From contig OZ024743.1 in NCBI GenBank assembly GCA_964016885.1, forward strand, positions 2,542,001 to 2,606,000: 64,000 bases of DNA. Reading direction: 5' to 3'. The notes beneath the pieces are model-generated. The model had not been told where the DNA came from, searched no databases, and saw only the letters and a list, made by a program, of their open reading frames with translations. Shown here piece by piece: positions 10,901 through 23,845 of this stretch. Position 1 is the stretch's first letter. Every line of letters starts with the position of its first letter. This stretch comes from Eledone cirrhosa (Eukaryota). Both the position numbers and the translations under genes were made by a program.

Positions 10901-13217
10901 CAAGAAGGCCGAGGGTGTCTTGGCATCACTCAGCAAGACCTTTGTTAGCCGCTCTCCAGCCATCTATTTAAAACTGTATACAGCTATCGTGCGACCACAC
11001 TTGGAATTCGCATCATCAGTCTGGAACCCCTATCTTGCTCGGAACATTGACCTCCTGGAAACTGTTCAGAGACGTGCAACCAAGCGCATACCCTCCATCA
11101 GACACCTACCATACTCTGAACGCCTTGCTTCCCTGGGCATGGATTCATTGAAGCTCCGACGTCTGGCAATGGACTTGGTGAATACCCACAAAGTTTTTAA
11201 CCATCTCGCCAACTGCAACCCTGAGCGCCTCTTTGATCTCCATGTGTCTAACACACGTGGACATGCCTACAAGATAAGAAAACAGCACAGCTCCCATGAC
11301 TTTCGCAGACATTTTTTCACGCTCAGAGTTGCTGAAGCATGGAACAAACTGCCTGCGTCAATTGTTAGCTGCCGAGACACTGCATCCTTTAAGACACTCA
11401 TGCTTCCCGAAATACGCCAAAACTACACCTGATGTGCCCCTTCCATACACATGCACACATGTGTGTATCATGACTCGTGCACTGTTCATTTTACTGATGT
11501 TTGTGCATTGCCCTATGTACTGTACATGCACTTTTTTGATGGGTTGTGGTGCACCTGGGCACTGCACAATATTTCATTATTGTTATTGTTATTATATCAT
11601 GACTCATACACTGTTTATTTTCCTGACATTTGTACATTATTCTATGTACTATACATGCACCTTTGATGAGTTGTAGTGCACCTGAGCACTGTACACAATA
11701 ATTTCATTATTATTATTATTATTATTAACAACGAATATAGTGAAGAGTTTAGCGTAAAAGTTGGCGTCCATCAGGGCTCTGTTCTTAGCCCCCTACTATT
11801 TATTATTGCCCTTCAGGCTATAACAGAGGAGTTCAAGACCGGCTGCCCATGGAAACTCCTATACGCAGATGATCTAACGCTCATAGCTGAATCAATGACC
11901 GAGCTAGAGAAGAAATTCCAAACATGGAAGCACGGCCTAGAATCAAAAGGCCTTAAAATTAACCTGGCTAAGACTAAAGTTCTAGTTTGTAGGAAAGAAA
12001 ATAAGGCGGCTGTCCCTTCCGGGAAATGGCCATGCTCAGTGTGTAGGAAAAGCGTAGGTAGAAACTCCATTTTATGTCCCAAATGCAAAGTATGGGTGCA
12101 TAAAAGATGTAGTGGGATCACAGGTAAGCTAACTAAGAACATAGATTTTACATGTGGCCGATGCTCTGGTGCAATAAGTAGCAGCAAGTGCCCACAAAAT
12201 ACTAGCTCTTTCAATTGCGCAGAGGGTTCTATAGAAATAGTGGACAGCTTCCGTTACCTGGGTGACAAAATCAGCAGTGGGAGAGGGTGCTCGGAAAGTA
12301 CAGTAGCTAGAGTCAGAACTGGATGGAAAAAGTTCAGAGAGCTTATACCACTATTAGCCGCTAAAGGGTTCTCCCTAAAAATGAAAGGCAGGTTGTATGA
12401 TGCCTGCATACGAACAGCAATGCTGCATGGCAGTGAGACCTGGGCATTGTGTGCAGAGGATATACGCAGATTAGAGAGGAACGAAGCTTGCATGCTCCGC
12501 TGGATGTGTAATAGTAATATACGCGAACGGCAAAGCATAAACGAACTAAGGAAAAAATTAGAAATAAGAGGGATCAGATGTTGTTTACTCGAGAGAAGGC
12601 TACGTTGGTATGGTCACGTGATGCGCATGAAAGACGACAGCTGTATAACAAAGTGCAGGGCAATAAAGATAGACGCTAGCCACGGAGTAGGCAGACCCAG
12701 AAAAACCTGGGACGACTTGATAAATTCCAACCTCACACGCTTACACCTCTCCAAGACAATGTCACTGGACCGAGACCTTTGGCGGTACTTAGTAATAGAG
12801 AAGACCCGCCTTACCTAAATACAAAGTAAAACCTACTACAGTCAGTAGGCATCTCTAACAAAATACCCCCCCCCCCCCCACACACACACACACACACCCC
12901 ACCCCATCCACACCGCCCCTTTCAATGTAAAGTTATGTTGGTGCCACAACATCCAGGCCGAAACAAATGAGATCGTGTAGGTGTCACGACAAAAAAACAC
13001 AGTCCACACTGTAATGTGGCCGTGTAGGCAACACGGTAAAAACTTCCCAGACCCACACTGTAAATGTGGTTGGTGTTAGGAAGGGCATCCAGCTGTAGAA
13101 AACCCGCCAGAAAGTCCTATGTGAGCACGACAATCACTCTTGCCTCAAGTGGGAAAACCCCCGTCCAAACCCATGCAAGCGTGGAACACGGACGTTAAAC
13201 GTTGATGATGATGATGG
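7919..13217 (+). mobile_element. RTE LINE family A, 5'-truncated, split by a nested CR1/L2 (RTE parts 7919-8160 and ~11723-13217)
   Basis: RT motifs QFGF...FVDLEKAFDRVPR, then GVHQGSVLSP/YADD, a C4HC3 finger, [11 protein letters not shown] and a (GAT)n tail. Confidence 0.93.
8161..11725 (+). mobile_element. CR1/L2-clade LINE, near intact: 3' part of ORF1, APE endonuclease and RT (ORF2 8665-11432 with one frameshift), (ATT)n tail
   Basis: APE motifs LNARSL, TETW, GDFN, LDLI, SDH. RT motifs YLDFAKAF, GVPQGSVLGP, YADD. Duplicated 3' UTR. Confidence 0.92.
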
Positions 13218-13383
13218 CATAGTGTGGATTGTCTTTTGTCATTTTTTCATGTTGTCCAGTATCTGGAAGATTTTTCCTCACATTTTACTTTTCTGCAGGT
13301 TCCTATTTATTTCTAAATTTATAGAATATATATATTTTTTTCTCATATGTATAAGTAATTCATACATTGTCCTTTATTTTCAG

Positions 13384-13452
13384 GCTATGGTAGCTTGCTT
13401 AGAATCAAGAAACTACATCCAGATCAGGAATTCTCTTATAGTTCTCACAAAG
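13384..13452 (+). CDS. THOC2: THOC2 exon: AMVACLESRNYIQIRNSLIVLTK
   Basis: ttcag|...|gttttg. Matches CLE..Y..IRN.LIVLTK. Confidence 0.93.
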
Positions 13453-14252
13453 GTTTTGTATTGTTGTACTTTAAACTATTTAGTTTTAGTTGTATCCATT
13501 TAATACAGAATTATTATCAAAAAATTTATTTATTAATTTCTCGCAGTACTTGCTTTTGATGTAATTATTACCGGTCTAACCCATGCTAGCGTGGAAGATA
13601 GACGTTAAACGATGATGATTATTATCAGTACATTTGGAGAGGAGATGGGCACCACTAAGCATTTCTTAAACTCACTGAAATGCCATGATGGACACAGTCA
13701 GACATCTAGAATGGCACCCCCAGTGACTGACTGCACCAGTTGTGGGAACTTGATTGATTCATTGATTGTTATCAGTAAAAATTAATTTCTTGTGGTTGAT
13801 GCTTTTGACGAGATGATTTGTCAATAATTACCTCTTGTATTCTAAGAGTACATACCATGCAACAATTTCAATTTGCTTCCTGTAAGCAAATACTATCATA
13901 AAATAGTACCAATATTTTTAGTGACAATGCCAATACATATATAGCTCTCATTAACTGAGTAATAGAAAAGTAGACTTTATTAAATTTCATCACTTTAACA
14001 GCTTATTAGTTGTAGATAGAACAGGGTCACTTGGTTTAAAAAAAAAAAACAATTCACCCTGTCTATTTATGTGTCTTTGTTTGTTTTTGTTCTGTTAAAT
14101 GAAGGATCTAACCATGTTCATCTGAGCCTCTTAGTTGCATAATGGACTTTAATAAACATTTTGTTATTCTTCATTCTGCTACTCCTGTCTCTCTCTAAAA
14201 ATGAATATATTTGTGATTTAAATATCAATAAATGTTCATAAAATGTTTCTAG

Positions 14253-14368
14253 ATTCTTCCATATTATCCGAGAGTAATGCAGTTTTGTCATGCATTAGAA
14301 AGAAGAGTCAACAGAATCAGACAAGAAGAAAAAGAGAAACGCCCTGATATTTATGCTCTTGTTATGGG
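14253..14368 (+). CDS. THOC2: THOC2 exon: [39 protein letters not shown]
   Basis: ctag|...|gtgaga. Contains [12 protein letters not shown]. Confidence 0.95.
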
Positions 14369-14703
14369 GTGAGATCACAGTTTTGCTTTCTAAAAATATA
14401 TAACTTAAACCTACATTTCGTTGTGGACTAGCAAATTACATGACACTGTATACATTAGCTTATTCATATTTAAGTAAAAATATCAACATAAATCTTTTGA
14501 CTACCTGTGTGATAATGTGTGATTTCACTGAACATTTGCTCTACATCAGACATTTTTATGACTTGAAGTTTTTTCCAGTTTGAATTTTTTGCATATTTTT
14601 TTCCTCCATATTCCTTCTTCTATCCTATCTTTACCATATATAACTATCAAATTCAATCATTTTGTTAACCATACACTCCTATAATGTTCTATTCTTTCAT
14701 TTC

Positions 14704-16990
14704 CATCATCATCATCATCATTATCACCGTTTTACGTCCGTTCTTCCATGCTAGCATGGGTTAGACGGGTTGTCCTGTTGTGTGCAGTGTCTGGTCGGCT
14801 GACCATGCCTTGCTCATACAGGAACTGATGTTGGCTTGATTTCTACAGCTGGATGCCCTTCCTAACACCAACCTTATTTACAGTGAGTCCTGGGTGCTTT
14901 TTTGCCGTGGCACCTCCACGACCACTTTGCAGTGGGAGGGTGTGGGGGCATATTGTCTATATGCTTCAGCTTGTACCGATGGGAGGTCGTGTACTCTATT
15001 ACTGCGTGATGCCAGAGGTCACGGTCGTGTGTCATCGCCTTTGAGAGGTGTAATTGGGTAAGGTCGGCTTTTATCACCTCATCCCAGGTCTTCTTGGGTC
15101 TCCCCACTCCGCGGTTTCCATTGACTTCTAGTGCTCTGCACCTTTTTATGCACCTGTCATCCTTCATACGCATCACATGTCCATACCAACGCAACTGCCT
15201 CTCCTGCACACAGCATTTGATTCCTCTTATGCTCAGTCTCTCTCTCAATTCATTTATGCTTTGCCGTTCGCGTATATTACTATTACACATCCATCGGAGC
15301 ATGCAGGCTTCGTTTCTTTCTAATCTACGTAAATCTTCCACCTTCAGTGCCCAGGTCTCACTACCATGTAACATTGTTGTTCGTATACACGCATCATACA
15401 GTCTGCCTTTCATTTTGAGGGAAAAGCCTTTTGCAGCTAGCAGTGGCAGTAGTTCCCTGAACTTCTTCCATCCCGTTCTTACCCTAGTTATTGTACTTTC
15501 TGAACACCCACCTCTGCTGCTAATTCGATCACCTAGGTAGCAGAAGCTGTCTACTGTTTCTACAGAGCCCTCCCAGAGATTGGTGGTACTTGTTTCCTGT
15601 GGCTGTTTGCTGCTTGCTGTCCCAGCACAGCTGCTACATGTGAAGCCAACATTCTTAATTAAGTTTCCTGAGATCCCGCTACATCTCTTGTGTACCCATT
15701 GTTTGTATTTGGGGCAGAGAATGAAGTTCCTACATACTGAGCAAGGCCATTTCCCTGAGTGGATCTGGGTTCTGTTTTCTAGTCTACTTACAAGGACCTT
15801 AGTCTTTGTCAGGTTGACTTTGAGACCCTTTCTTTCTAGTTTGGAATTTCTTCTCTAGTTCTACCATAGATTCAGCTATAAATGCGAGGTCATCTGCATA
15901 CAGGAGTTCCCATGGGCATCCGGTCTTAAACTCCTCCGTTATTGCCTGCAGGACTACGATGAACAGGATAGGGCTAAGAACAGAGCCCTGGTGGACACCA
16001 ACCTGTACGCTAAATTCCTCGCTATACTCATTGCTAATGCTAACTTAGCTGACTGCTCCCCTATACATGGCTTGTACAGCTTTCACAAACCATTCATCTA
16101 CTCCTAGATTTCTAAGAGCCCACCAGATTATAGCACGTGGAACTCTGTCAAAGGCTTTCTCGAGATCGACGAATGCCAGGTAGAGTGGCTTACTTTTAGC
16201 TAGGTACTTTTCCTGTAACTGCCTCACAAGGAAGAGGGCATCAGTGGTGCCTCTTCCTGGTACAAACTCAAATTGCATCTCATCTAGTTTCACCCGGTCC
16301 CTAATCAATTGTGCTATAACTCTTTCTGTTACTTTCATGACCTGGTCCATCAGCTTTATACCTCTAGTTTCCTCTATCTAGTGCATCACCTTTACCTTTG
16401 TAGCAGTTGACAATGATGCTACTGCACCAATCTTTTGGTATGACACCTTCTAGTATTACCTGGTTAACAATACGTATGGTTATAGTGTGACCTACAGACC
16501 CAGATGCCTTCAGCATCTCGGCAGCTATACCCAATGGACCGGTTGCCTTCCCCATCTTCATATCTTTGATTGCCTTACTTACTACACTGCTGCTGACTTG
16601 TACTGCTGGCTCCTCTATAGGGTCTACTTGGGGTAGGGTCTCTTCTTCCCATGCATTCTCCTCATTTAATAATCTATCATAATGGCTCTTCAATGTATCT
16701 TTCTTCTCAGCACTTGTGAGGGCAAGCTCACCTTTATCATTCCGGATACACTTTTCTCCAATGACATCACAATTCTCTACGACACACTGCCTCGCAATCT
16801 TGAACATCTCCTGTTTCTGGTTCTCACGTTGCAAAACATGCTTGAATTTTCTATCCTCTGCTTCCCTCCTAGCTAAGTATACTTGTCGCCTAGCTTCCCT
16901 CTTGGTCTCTATGTAATGTATCCTGCTTCCCCTGTTCTTCCATTCTTTCCATACCTGTCTCTTGGCCTTAACTGCCTCATCTATATTTCT
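14704..16990 (-). mobile_element. RTE LINE family B, 5'-truncated and degenerate
   Basis: RT fragments in ORFs 16364-17053, 16045-16350 and 14874-15413. (GAT)n tail at 14704. Confidence 0.92.
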
Positions 16991-17225
16991 ATTATGTTCT
17001 ACCATTATATAGCAATATTTAAAACAAAATTTAACCATTTCATTGACATTCAACCACAGAAAACACGCCTAAAATAAAACATTCAAGTGAGATGTGGCCA
17101 TTAGCCTATGTAGAAAAGCAGTTACTCTGAATAAGGACGAGGTGTAAAATTATATTTGAGTTTTAATCGACAGATCAATCTATTTATATATAAAAATTTT
17201 TTTTTTTTTTTTTTTGCTTTTGTAG

Positions 17226-17301
17226 ATATTCTGGTCAGCTAAAAAATAAAAGGTCAATGTGGGTCCCTGAAAATGAGTTTCATATCAAAAGCAAAGAATC
17301 T
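17226..17301 (+). CDS. THOC2: THOC2 exon: YSGQLKNKRSMWVPENEFHIKSKES
   Basis: tgtag|...|gtaagt. Contains YSGQLK...PENEFH. Confidence 0.94.
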
Positions 17302-18454
17302 GTAAGTAAAATATATATTGCTCAAATTTATTGTTTAATATATTTAACTCTAAATTTCTATTGATCACAAATATTTACTGTAAATTGCAATGTTTCATAT
17401 ATTTGACTTCTATGATTTTCAAATAACTAACAATATGGAGAGATTTAGTAACATAATTAACTTCCTTATTATTAAGCTAGAGTTTGGAACATATTTAAAT
17501 AAAGGTTCTTATAAAAATTTATGATGGAATTTTTTTTTTAGATAAATATAAACACTTTAAAACAAATAGTTTTGTATCATAAAATTAGGGTGGTGTTTGG
17601 TATCAAAGGGTTATTACAGGCATAATGGAAACAACCTATGAGGTAGTCGTCTGAGATGATTCTCTCCAAGTAAATTGATACTCACAAATACACATTAATC
17701 TAATAAACTTCAAGTTGGTTGAAGTCTGAAGGCCCATTAGCTACAATTTCATCATCATCACCATCATCTATTTTCCATGTTTGCATGGGTTAGACAAGCT
17801 GTTATGTTTTGAGGTGAGACATCAGGTTACCATATCTTGTTCACATGATCCAATTTTAGCTTTGAATACTCTTCCTCGTGCCAACCACATTACAGTGTAT
17901 TCTGAGAGCTTTTTGTCATAGCATCAGCACAACCACCTTACAGGATTTGTCATGATTACCTTACAGGGTGGAATGAACGCTATTTGTTGTGGTACCAACA
18001 CAACTACCTTACATGATGGACTAGGTTCTTTCTGTTGTGGCATCAGAACAACTACCTTGCAGTTTCTGAGAATTTTCTAAAAGCTCTGACTGAGTCTTTC
18101 ATTGTGCAATTTTATTGTTAGAAAATTTCAGTGCATTTTCAGTAAAGACCCCAATCATTCTGAATATAAATTCAGTCTAACCTTGTTAGCAGGGAAAGTG
18201 GACATTAAACAATGATGATGATGATGAATATTAAACTGGAACTATCTGAATTAGATTATTGTTCTTAGTTGATAAATTTACATAAATTCTTAAGAAAAAC
18301 ATAACATGAAGTTTATGGGAAGTCTGATGGAATTGTAGGGGTGCAGTCACAACACACAGTGGGTCTTGAACATTTTAAACCCGGAGGACCCCATCCCTCT
18401 CCAGGTCTGAACACAGCCTATTACCTTTAAAGAGAGGGAAAAAAAACTGAACCC

Positions 18455-18597
18455 AGTATTAGACTGGTACTTTATGTATTGACCTTAAAAGGATAAAAAG
18501 TTAAGTTGACCTCGGTGGGATTTGAACTCAGATCACTGAGTCTGAACAAATGGTGCAGCATTTAATCCTATGCCCTAACAACTCTGCCAAATTCACC
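18455..18597 (-). mobile_element. SINE 5' part, degenerate
   Basis: gacctcggtgggatttgaactcaga resembles the SINE at ~20140-20292. Confidence 0.55.
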
Positions 18598-18619
18598 AGT
18601 ATAAATTGAAGTTTACTGT

Positions 18620-19990
18620 TATAAAAGTCATGTCCTGTTACTGGTATTTGGTGTGGAAGTGTACACATTTGCCACCTCTGCCCGACCTTTCAGGGACATT
18701 TTCCTCTCAGCCCATTTCTGGGTGAGGGTGACCACCCTGTTCTTCACCTCATCCCAGTTTTTGTCCATCTAGAGGTCTGGACTGAACCAAACCCCAAGCA
18801 ATTTAATCGGTCTGTCAGTCCAACATCTGACAATGCTGTTGGACATCATGGACCTGTCTCTCCAGGTGCCAAGCTTCAGCCCACCAACTTTTCCTGCTTA
18901 ATTTTCACTCTTGTCAGCGCTTTGTATTCCCCCTGAATAAAGCTGATCACCTCAATGTGTTTGGTACTCAACACTACTGTAGTGACTTCATCAGCATATG
19001 ACAACACAGATCTCCTATGTCCTAGTTTGCACGGGATGCCCCTCAACGTCCCCAATTTGTGTAGTAGTGGCTCAGGAGTCGATAAATACAATAGGGATGA
19101 GAGGAAACAACTTTGGCAGACAAAGCACAAGATGCTAAATGGTTCCAAGAGATGATCATTCACTCTAACCTCAGAACAGATGTCGCTGTCCATAGCAGCG
19201 ATCCATCCTCTAAAAATGGGTCCAAAGCCAGCTGCTTTGAGGTCTGCTGCCATGCACTGATGGCCAACCCTGTCAAATGCTTTCCATTGATCTCAATTGA
19301 TCAGAACTCCGCCTGTGCCGGATTCTTTAGCGACCCTCTTTATGATGTATTGCATAAGGTGGAGGTTGTCATGGATGGATCTGTTTGGAATGGCACATGT
19401 CTGCACCTTTTCTATCAGACACCATCGACAAGTGGCAACCTCATTGCTCACACCTTGACCAAACTTTTGAACTCTACATTTAGCAAAGTTATGAACCTAA
19501 AATTATCAATATAATGCCCTTTGTTTGGGTCCTTTCTCAGCAGTTCCACTGCTCCTTGGCTTACAGAACTGGGAATTTTCCTGTTCTGCTGCCAGTTGCA
19601 GTAGATGTCTGTCATAAGGTCACCAAACAAGTCTGGTCTATAAATGTAAAGCTTGTAGGGCAGACTATCCAAGCCAGGTAATTTACCCCTGGTGTAGCTA
19701 GTCATTGCCTCTTGAATTTCAGCAGCTGTTATCAGCTTTTCACAACACTCTGCCTCAGTCACTGAGAACCACAGCAGGCTGTTGAAGTAGACATTAAAGT
19801 CTATCCCACAATCTGGCCTGCCGCTGCTCTGGAACAGTTGAATGAAGTGCTGCTGAGAAGCCACACACATCTTATGGTGCGCCAAAGATTGGATTGTGGC
19901 TTTGTTGCTATGCTAATTGCCTCTTCAAGTTTTTTAACTAGCTCTCCCCATATTCTAGTTTTTTCTATTGCTACAGCTTTTTTAAACATT
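18620..19990 (-). mobile_element. Decayed L1/Tx1-like RT fragment
   Basis: GK.PGLDSLPY.LY, LLRKD...NFR.ITLLNVEFK, and a YADE-like motif in ORFs 19448-19885 and 18876-19253. Confidence 0.7.
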
Positions 19991-19994
19991 ATCA

Positions 19995-20292
19995 ATTCTA
20001 GGGGGTCGATAAAATAAAGTACCAGTAACACACTGGGATCAATTTAGTCGACTTTCCCCTCCCCCAAAATTGCTGGCCTTGTGCCTAAATCAGAAACCAT
20101 TATTATTATTATTTTGGGGAGGAGAAAGTCAATTAAATCGACCCCTGTGTGTTATGCTACTTTATTTTATCGACCCCGTAAGGATGAAAAGTAAAGCTCA
20201 GCAGGATTTGACCTCAGAACGTAAAGGACTGCAACTCTATGCAGCGAAGCATGTTGCCCGATGTTCTACCAGCATTGCTAATCCACCGCCCT
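19995..20292. mobile_element. Two SINE fragments tail-to-tail (+ 3' end ~19995-20112; - copy ~20113-20292)
   Basis: ggggtcgataaaataaagta is mirrored by tactttattttatcgacccc; (ATT)n tail between them. Confidence 0.6.
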
Positions 20293-20355
20293 TAATAATA
20301 ATAATAATAACAACAATAATAATAAATAATTAATATACCTTGAAATATTTTTCAG

Positions 20356-20422
20356 CCCAAGAATCAGACTAAAAACACTTCACATTCATCCAAACATGAT
20401 ATTTCCAGAAAATCAATGGAAA
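20356..20422 (+). CDS. THOC2: THOC2 exon (low-complexity C-terminal region): PKNQTKNTSHSSKHDISRKSME
   Basis: ttcag|...|gtaagt. Open frame, and the phase bridges the flanking exons. Confidence 0.75.
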
Positions 20423-20639
20423 GTAAGTGTAATTTAATGATTGTCATGTTTCATCATCATCATCAGCATCATCATTTTATGTCCGCTTTTCCTTGCTTGC
20501 AAGGGTAGGATGGGAACTGATTCCGGCTTGATTTCTACAGCTGGATGCCCTTCATAACACCAACCTCATTTACAGTGAGTGCTGGGTGCTTTTTTGACGT
20601 GGCACCTCCACGATAGGGACCCAGTCCCTATCATCTCAT

Positions 20640-20778
20640 TTCTACAGCTGAGTAAACTGGAGCAATGTGAAATAAAGTGTCTTGCTCAAGGAAACAACAC
20701 ATCACCCGGTCTGAGAATTGAACTCACAACCTTTCGATTGCAAGCCCAATGCTCTAACCACTAAGCCATGTGCCTCCA
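20640..20778 (-). mobile_element. tRNA-derived SINE head
   Basis: aagtgtcttgctcaagg...aattgaactcacaacc...ctctaaccactaagcca; a related copy is at ~37985-38103. Confidence 0.7.
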
Positions 20779-20984
20779 TATCTTACCAAATATTGATAGT
20801 TATCTATTTGATTATCATACTCCACCAAATATTATCAATCACTTTTTACTCTTTCATGACTATATTTCTCATAAAACCAATAAAAACAAGGTTGGTGTCA
20901 GGAAGGGCAGCCAGCTGTAAAACATTGCCTCATAACTCATACCAGCACAGAAATGTTGGTGTTGAAAGTGATGTTAATGATATT

Positions 20985-21115
20985 CTCTCTCTCATAGGCC
21001 AGTACCAATCCTGTTTCTATCTCTCTCTCTATCCTTATATAGGCCATTACCAATCCTGTTTCTATATCTCTCCTTGTATGGGCTAGTACCAACCCTGTTT
21101 CTGTCTCTATCTGTC
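20985..21115. repeat. About 42-bp tandem repeat x3
   Basis: taggccagtaccaatcctgtttctatctctct variants. Confidence 0.8.
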
Positions 21116-21149
21116 TCACACACATAATTCCACCTTTGTATATTTACAG

Positions 21150-21306
21150 GTAAGACTCGTGATGGCAAAGAAATCAAAGAGACTAAGAAAGAGAAGAATG
21201 ATAAGAAAGTTGATAAGACAGAACCCGTTGTGGAAGGTAGATCTAAACCAAGTAGTCTCCCTGCTGACATCAAGAAAAATGAATTTGACAAAAAGCCTAG
21301 CGTCAG
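21150..21306 (+). CDS. THOC2: THOC2 exon: KTRDGKEIKETKKEKNDKKVDKTEPVVEGRSKPSSLPADIKKNEFDKKPSV
   Basis: tacag|...|gtaaat. K/E-rich open frame with consistent phases. Confidence 0.8.
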
Positions 21307-22104
21307 GTAAATATTTGCTTCTTTAACCCTTTTTAATAAATGAAACACACTGTCTATTAATTTTGGAAGTTTGAAGAACTAGAATTTTTTTCAACCTGCT
21401 GACATGTATGTGTGTGTATGTGCATATGCATGCATTTATATGTATGAGTTTATAAATATAAATGCGCAAATACTGACATACAAAAATACACAAACACATA
21501 CAGCGTAGTATATGGAACGCCAACTGCTGTTTTGCTATAGTTTTTTCACTATCCCCTTCCTTCCTTTTACATACACACATATTGTGTGACGAACGGAAGT
21601 CGCTCAAATTTATATATACATTTGATGAGATAACTAATACTTTTTGTTAGTAAGCTGATGTTTGAAACATTACTTTAAAATTTTAAAAATAAAACTATGA
21701 TGGAAAGTTTTAATGTAAATATGAACAATTTAAAATGAGCACTTTTGTATCAGATACTGACACACACACGCACGCACACACAGACACATTTATAGAATGT
21801 GACACAGATGGACACATACACGCACACACAGATAAATACTTGACCACATACGTATATATATATATATATGCATATATCTGTCTAGCTTCAGAATGTGATA
21901 ACTCATCTAATCCATGCTAGCGTGGAAAATGGGCATAAGACAGTGATGATAAGGATGATAAGGATGATAAGGATGATAACATAAGCAGAAAAGATTTTCT
22001 ATAAAAAAATGTTTGGCTCTTTCTTCTCCCATCTCATTCAGGCTGGTTAATACTTTATAGGAATCTAAGAGGGGGAAAATTATACATTTTATTTCTTATT
22101 TTAG

Positions 22105-22511
22105 TGCCTTGAAAGAAGAAAGAAACTCTGTTAAAGAAAGAGGTCCTAGCAAAGAAAGGTCACCAGAGAAAAGCAGTGACAAGGAAAATCGACATAAAGA
22201 GGAGAAGAGACACTGCAAGAGCCACGAGGAGAAAACTGCTACAAAGGAAAGGTTGAGCGGATCAAAGGACAAGACAACGAGCAAAGAGAAGTCGGAAGAG
22301 AAAAAACTGCGCAAGCAGGAGAAAGAAGACGAGAAATATGAAGAGAAGAAGACGAAAGAAAGCTATTACAAGGAAAAGGATGTTGGCAGCAGCAGTAGTA
22401 GCAGATACAGTGAGAAACCTTCAACTATGGTAGTACCTACAGGTGGAAGTGGAAGTTGTAATCAACATCGACGGAGTGCAGAAACTTCCCCAAAACATCC
22501 TGATGAGCGAG
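22105..22511 (+). CDS. THOC2: THOC2 exon, K/E/R-rich tail (ALKEERNSVKERGPSKERSPEK...PKHPDER)
   Basis: ttag|...|gttagt. ORF 22109-22516; a charged tail is typical of THOC2. Confidence 0.85.
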
Positions 22512-23798
22512 GTTAGTAGGTTTTTTTTTTTTTCTTCTTCTACATTTGTCACCATCATTACTTTTACAACCACTTTCCATGGTGGAATGGGTCTTCTGCA
22601 GCACAGCCTGTCTACACTTGTTACGGTCTTTCCTCATCTCTTCTGTGAGGTGTTCAACAAATTTGCATTTTCTTTCACACTCTGTTCACTCTGTAAAGAG
22701 GCAATGAATTGATAAATCCACTTAAACAATGGATAAAATGCTTTACAGTATTTACTCCAGCTCTCTGCATTCTGAGTTCAAATCATGTCGAGATCAACTT
22801 TGCTTTCATTCTTTCAAGGTCGATACTAAAAGTACTAGTGTTGATTCTTTCTCTACATCTTTTTCTCACTTCTTTTCTATTACTCTGTCTCCTTCTCTAG
22901 AAGAAATCAGTTGTGTTCAAACCTGGGGAGGGGATAGGCTCTGTCAGATTTAAAATGTTCAAGATACACCATTTGTCACTAAGGCATATCTATGACTCCA
23001 TCGAGAGTCTATACATACATACATTCTGTAAAGTGGTAGTGGTGGTATCACAACAAAAAAACACACCCAGTACACTCTATAAAATGGCAGTGGTAGTACC
23101 AGGAAAAAACACACCCAGTACACGCTGTAAATTAGTAGTGGTGGTGCAACAAAAAAATGCCCCCAGTACATGCTGTAAAGTGTTTGGTGTTAGGGAAAAC
23201 ATCCAGCCATGGTCATCTGACCTGTCAAATCTCAGTACATGACAACCCATCCAACGCATGTCAATATGAAAAATAGATGATGATTTGTTATTTGTGCCTA
23301 AATTTCAGTTGTTTTGAATCCTTTCGTTACCAGATTTCTAATAAAAGATGCTATGGTTTTCAAGTAATTTTGAAAATAATCAAGAATTGAGAGGGATTTA
23401 GTAATATATGTAACTCATTCATTACTCAGTTGGTGTTCCTAACATAACAAAGGTTCTTAAATAAAAAATATGAAGGATTTTAGATAAATATAATAAACAA
23501 TTTAAAATCTATAGCTTTTTAAAACAGTTTTGTATCTATCTATCTATCTAACATATATATGTTTGTGTGTGTGCTTATAAATAGATAGGTATATCCATCT
23601 GTCTCTATATCTGTCTTTCTCTCTCTCTCTATATATATATATGTATGTGTGTGTGTATGTATGCTTATAAATAGATAGATAGGAATATCCGTCTGTCTAT
23701 CTATGTCTTTCTCTCTCTCTAGATATATATATATATATGCGTGTGTGTATAATGATAATTTCTTTAATTATTTTGTATATTGTCTTTTGTCATTTTAG

Positions 23799-23845
23799 AA
23801 ATGAAACGAAGAAAGTTGGAGTCAGCGTCATCGACTTCAACAAAG
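23799..23845 (+). CDS. THOC2: THOC2 exon EMKRRKLESASSTSTK; may instead read through to TGA at 23867-23869 as the terminal exon
   Basis: ttag| acceptor in the correct phase; NLS-like KRRK; gttagt donor. Confidence 0.75.
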
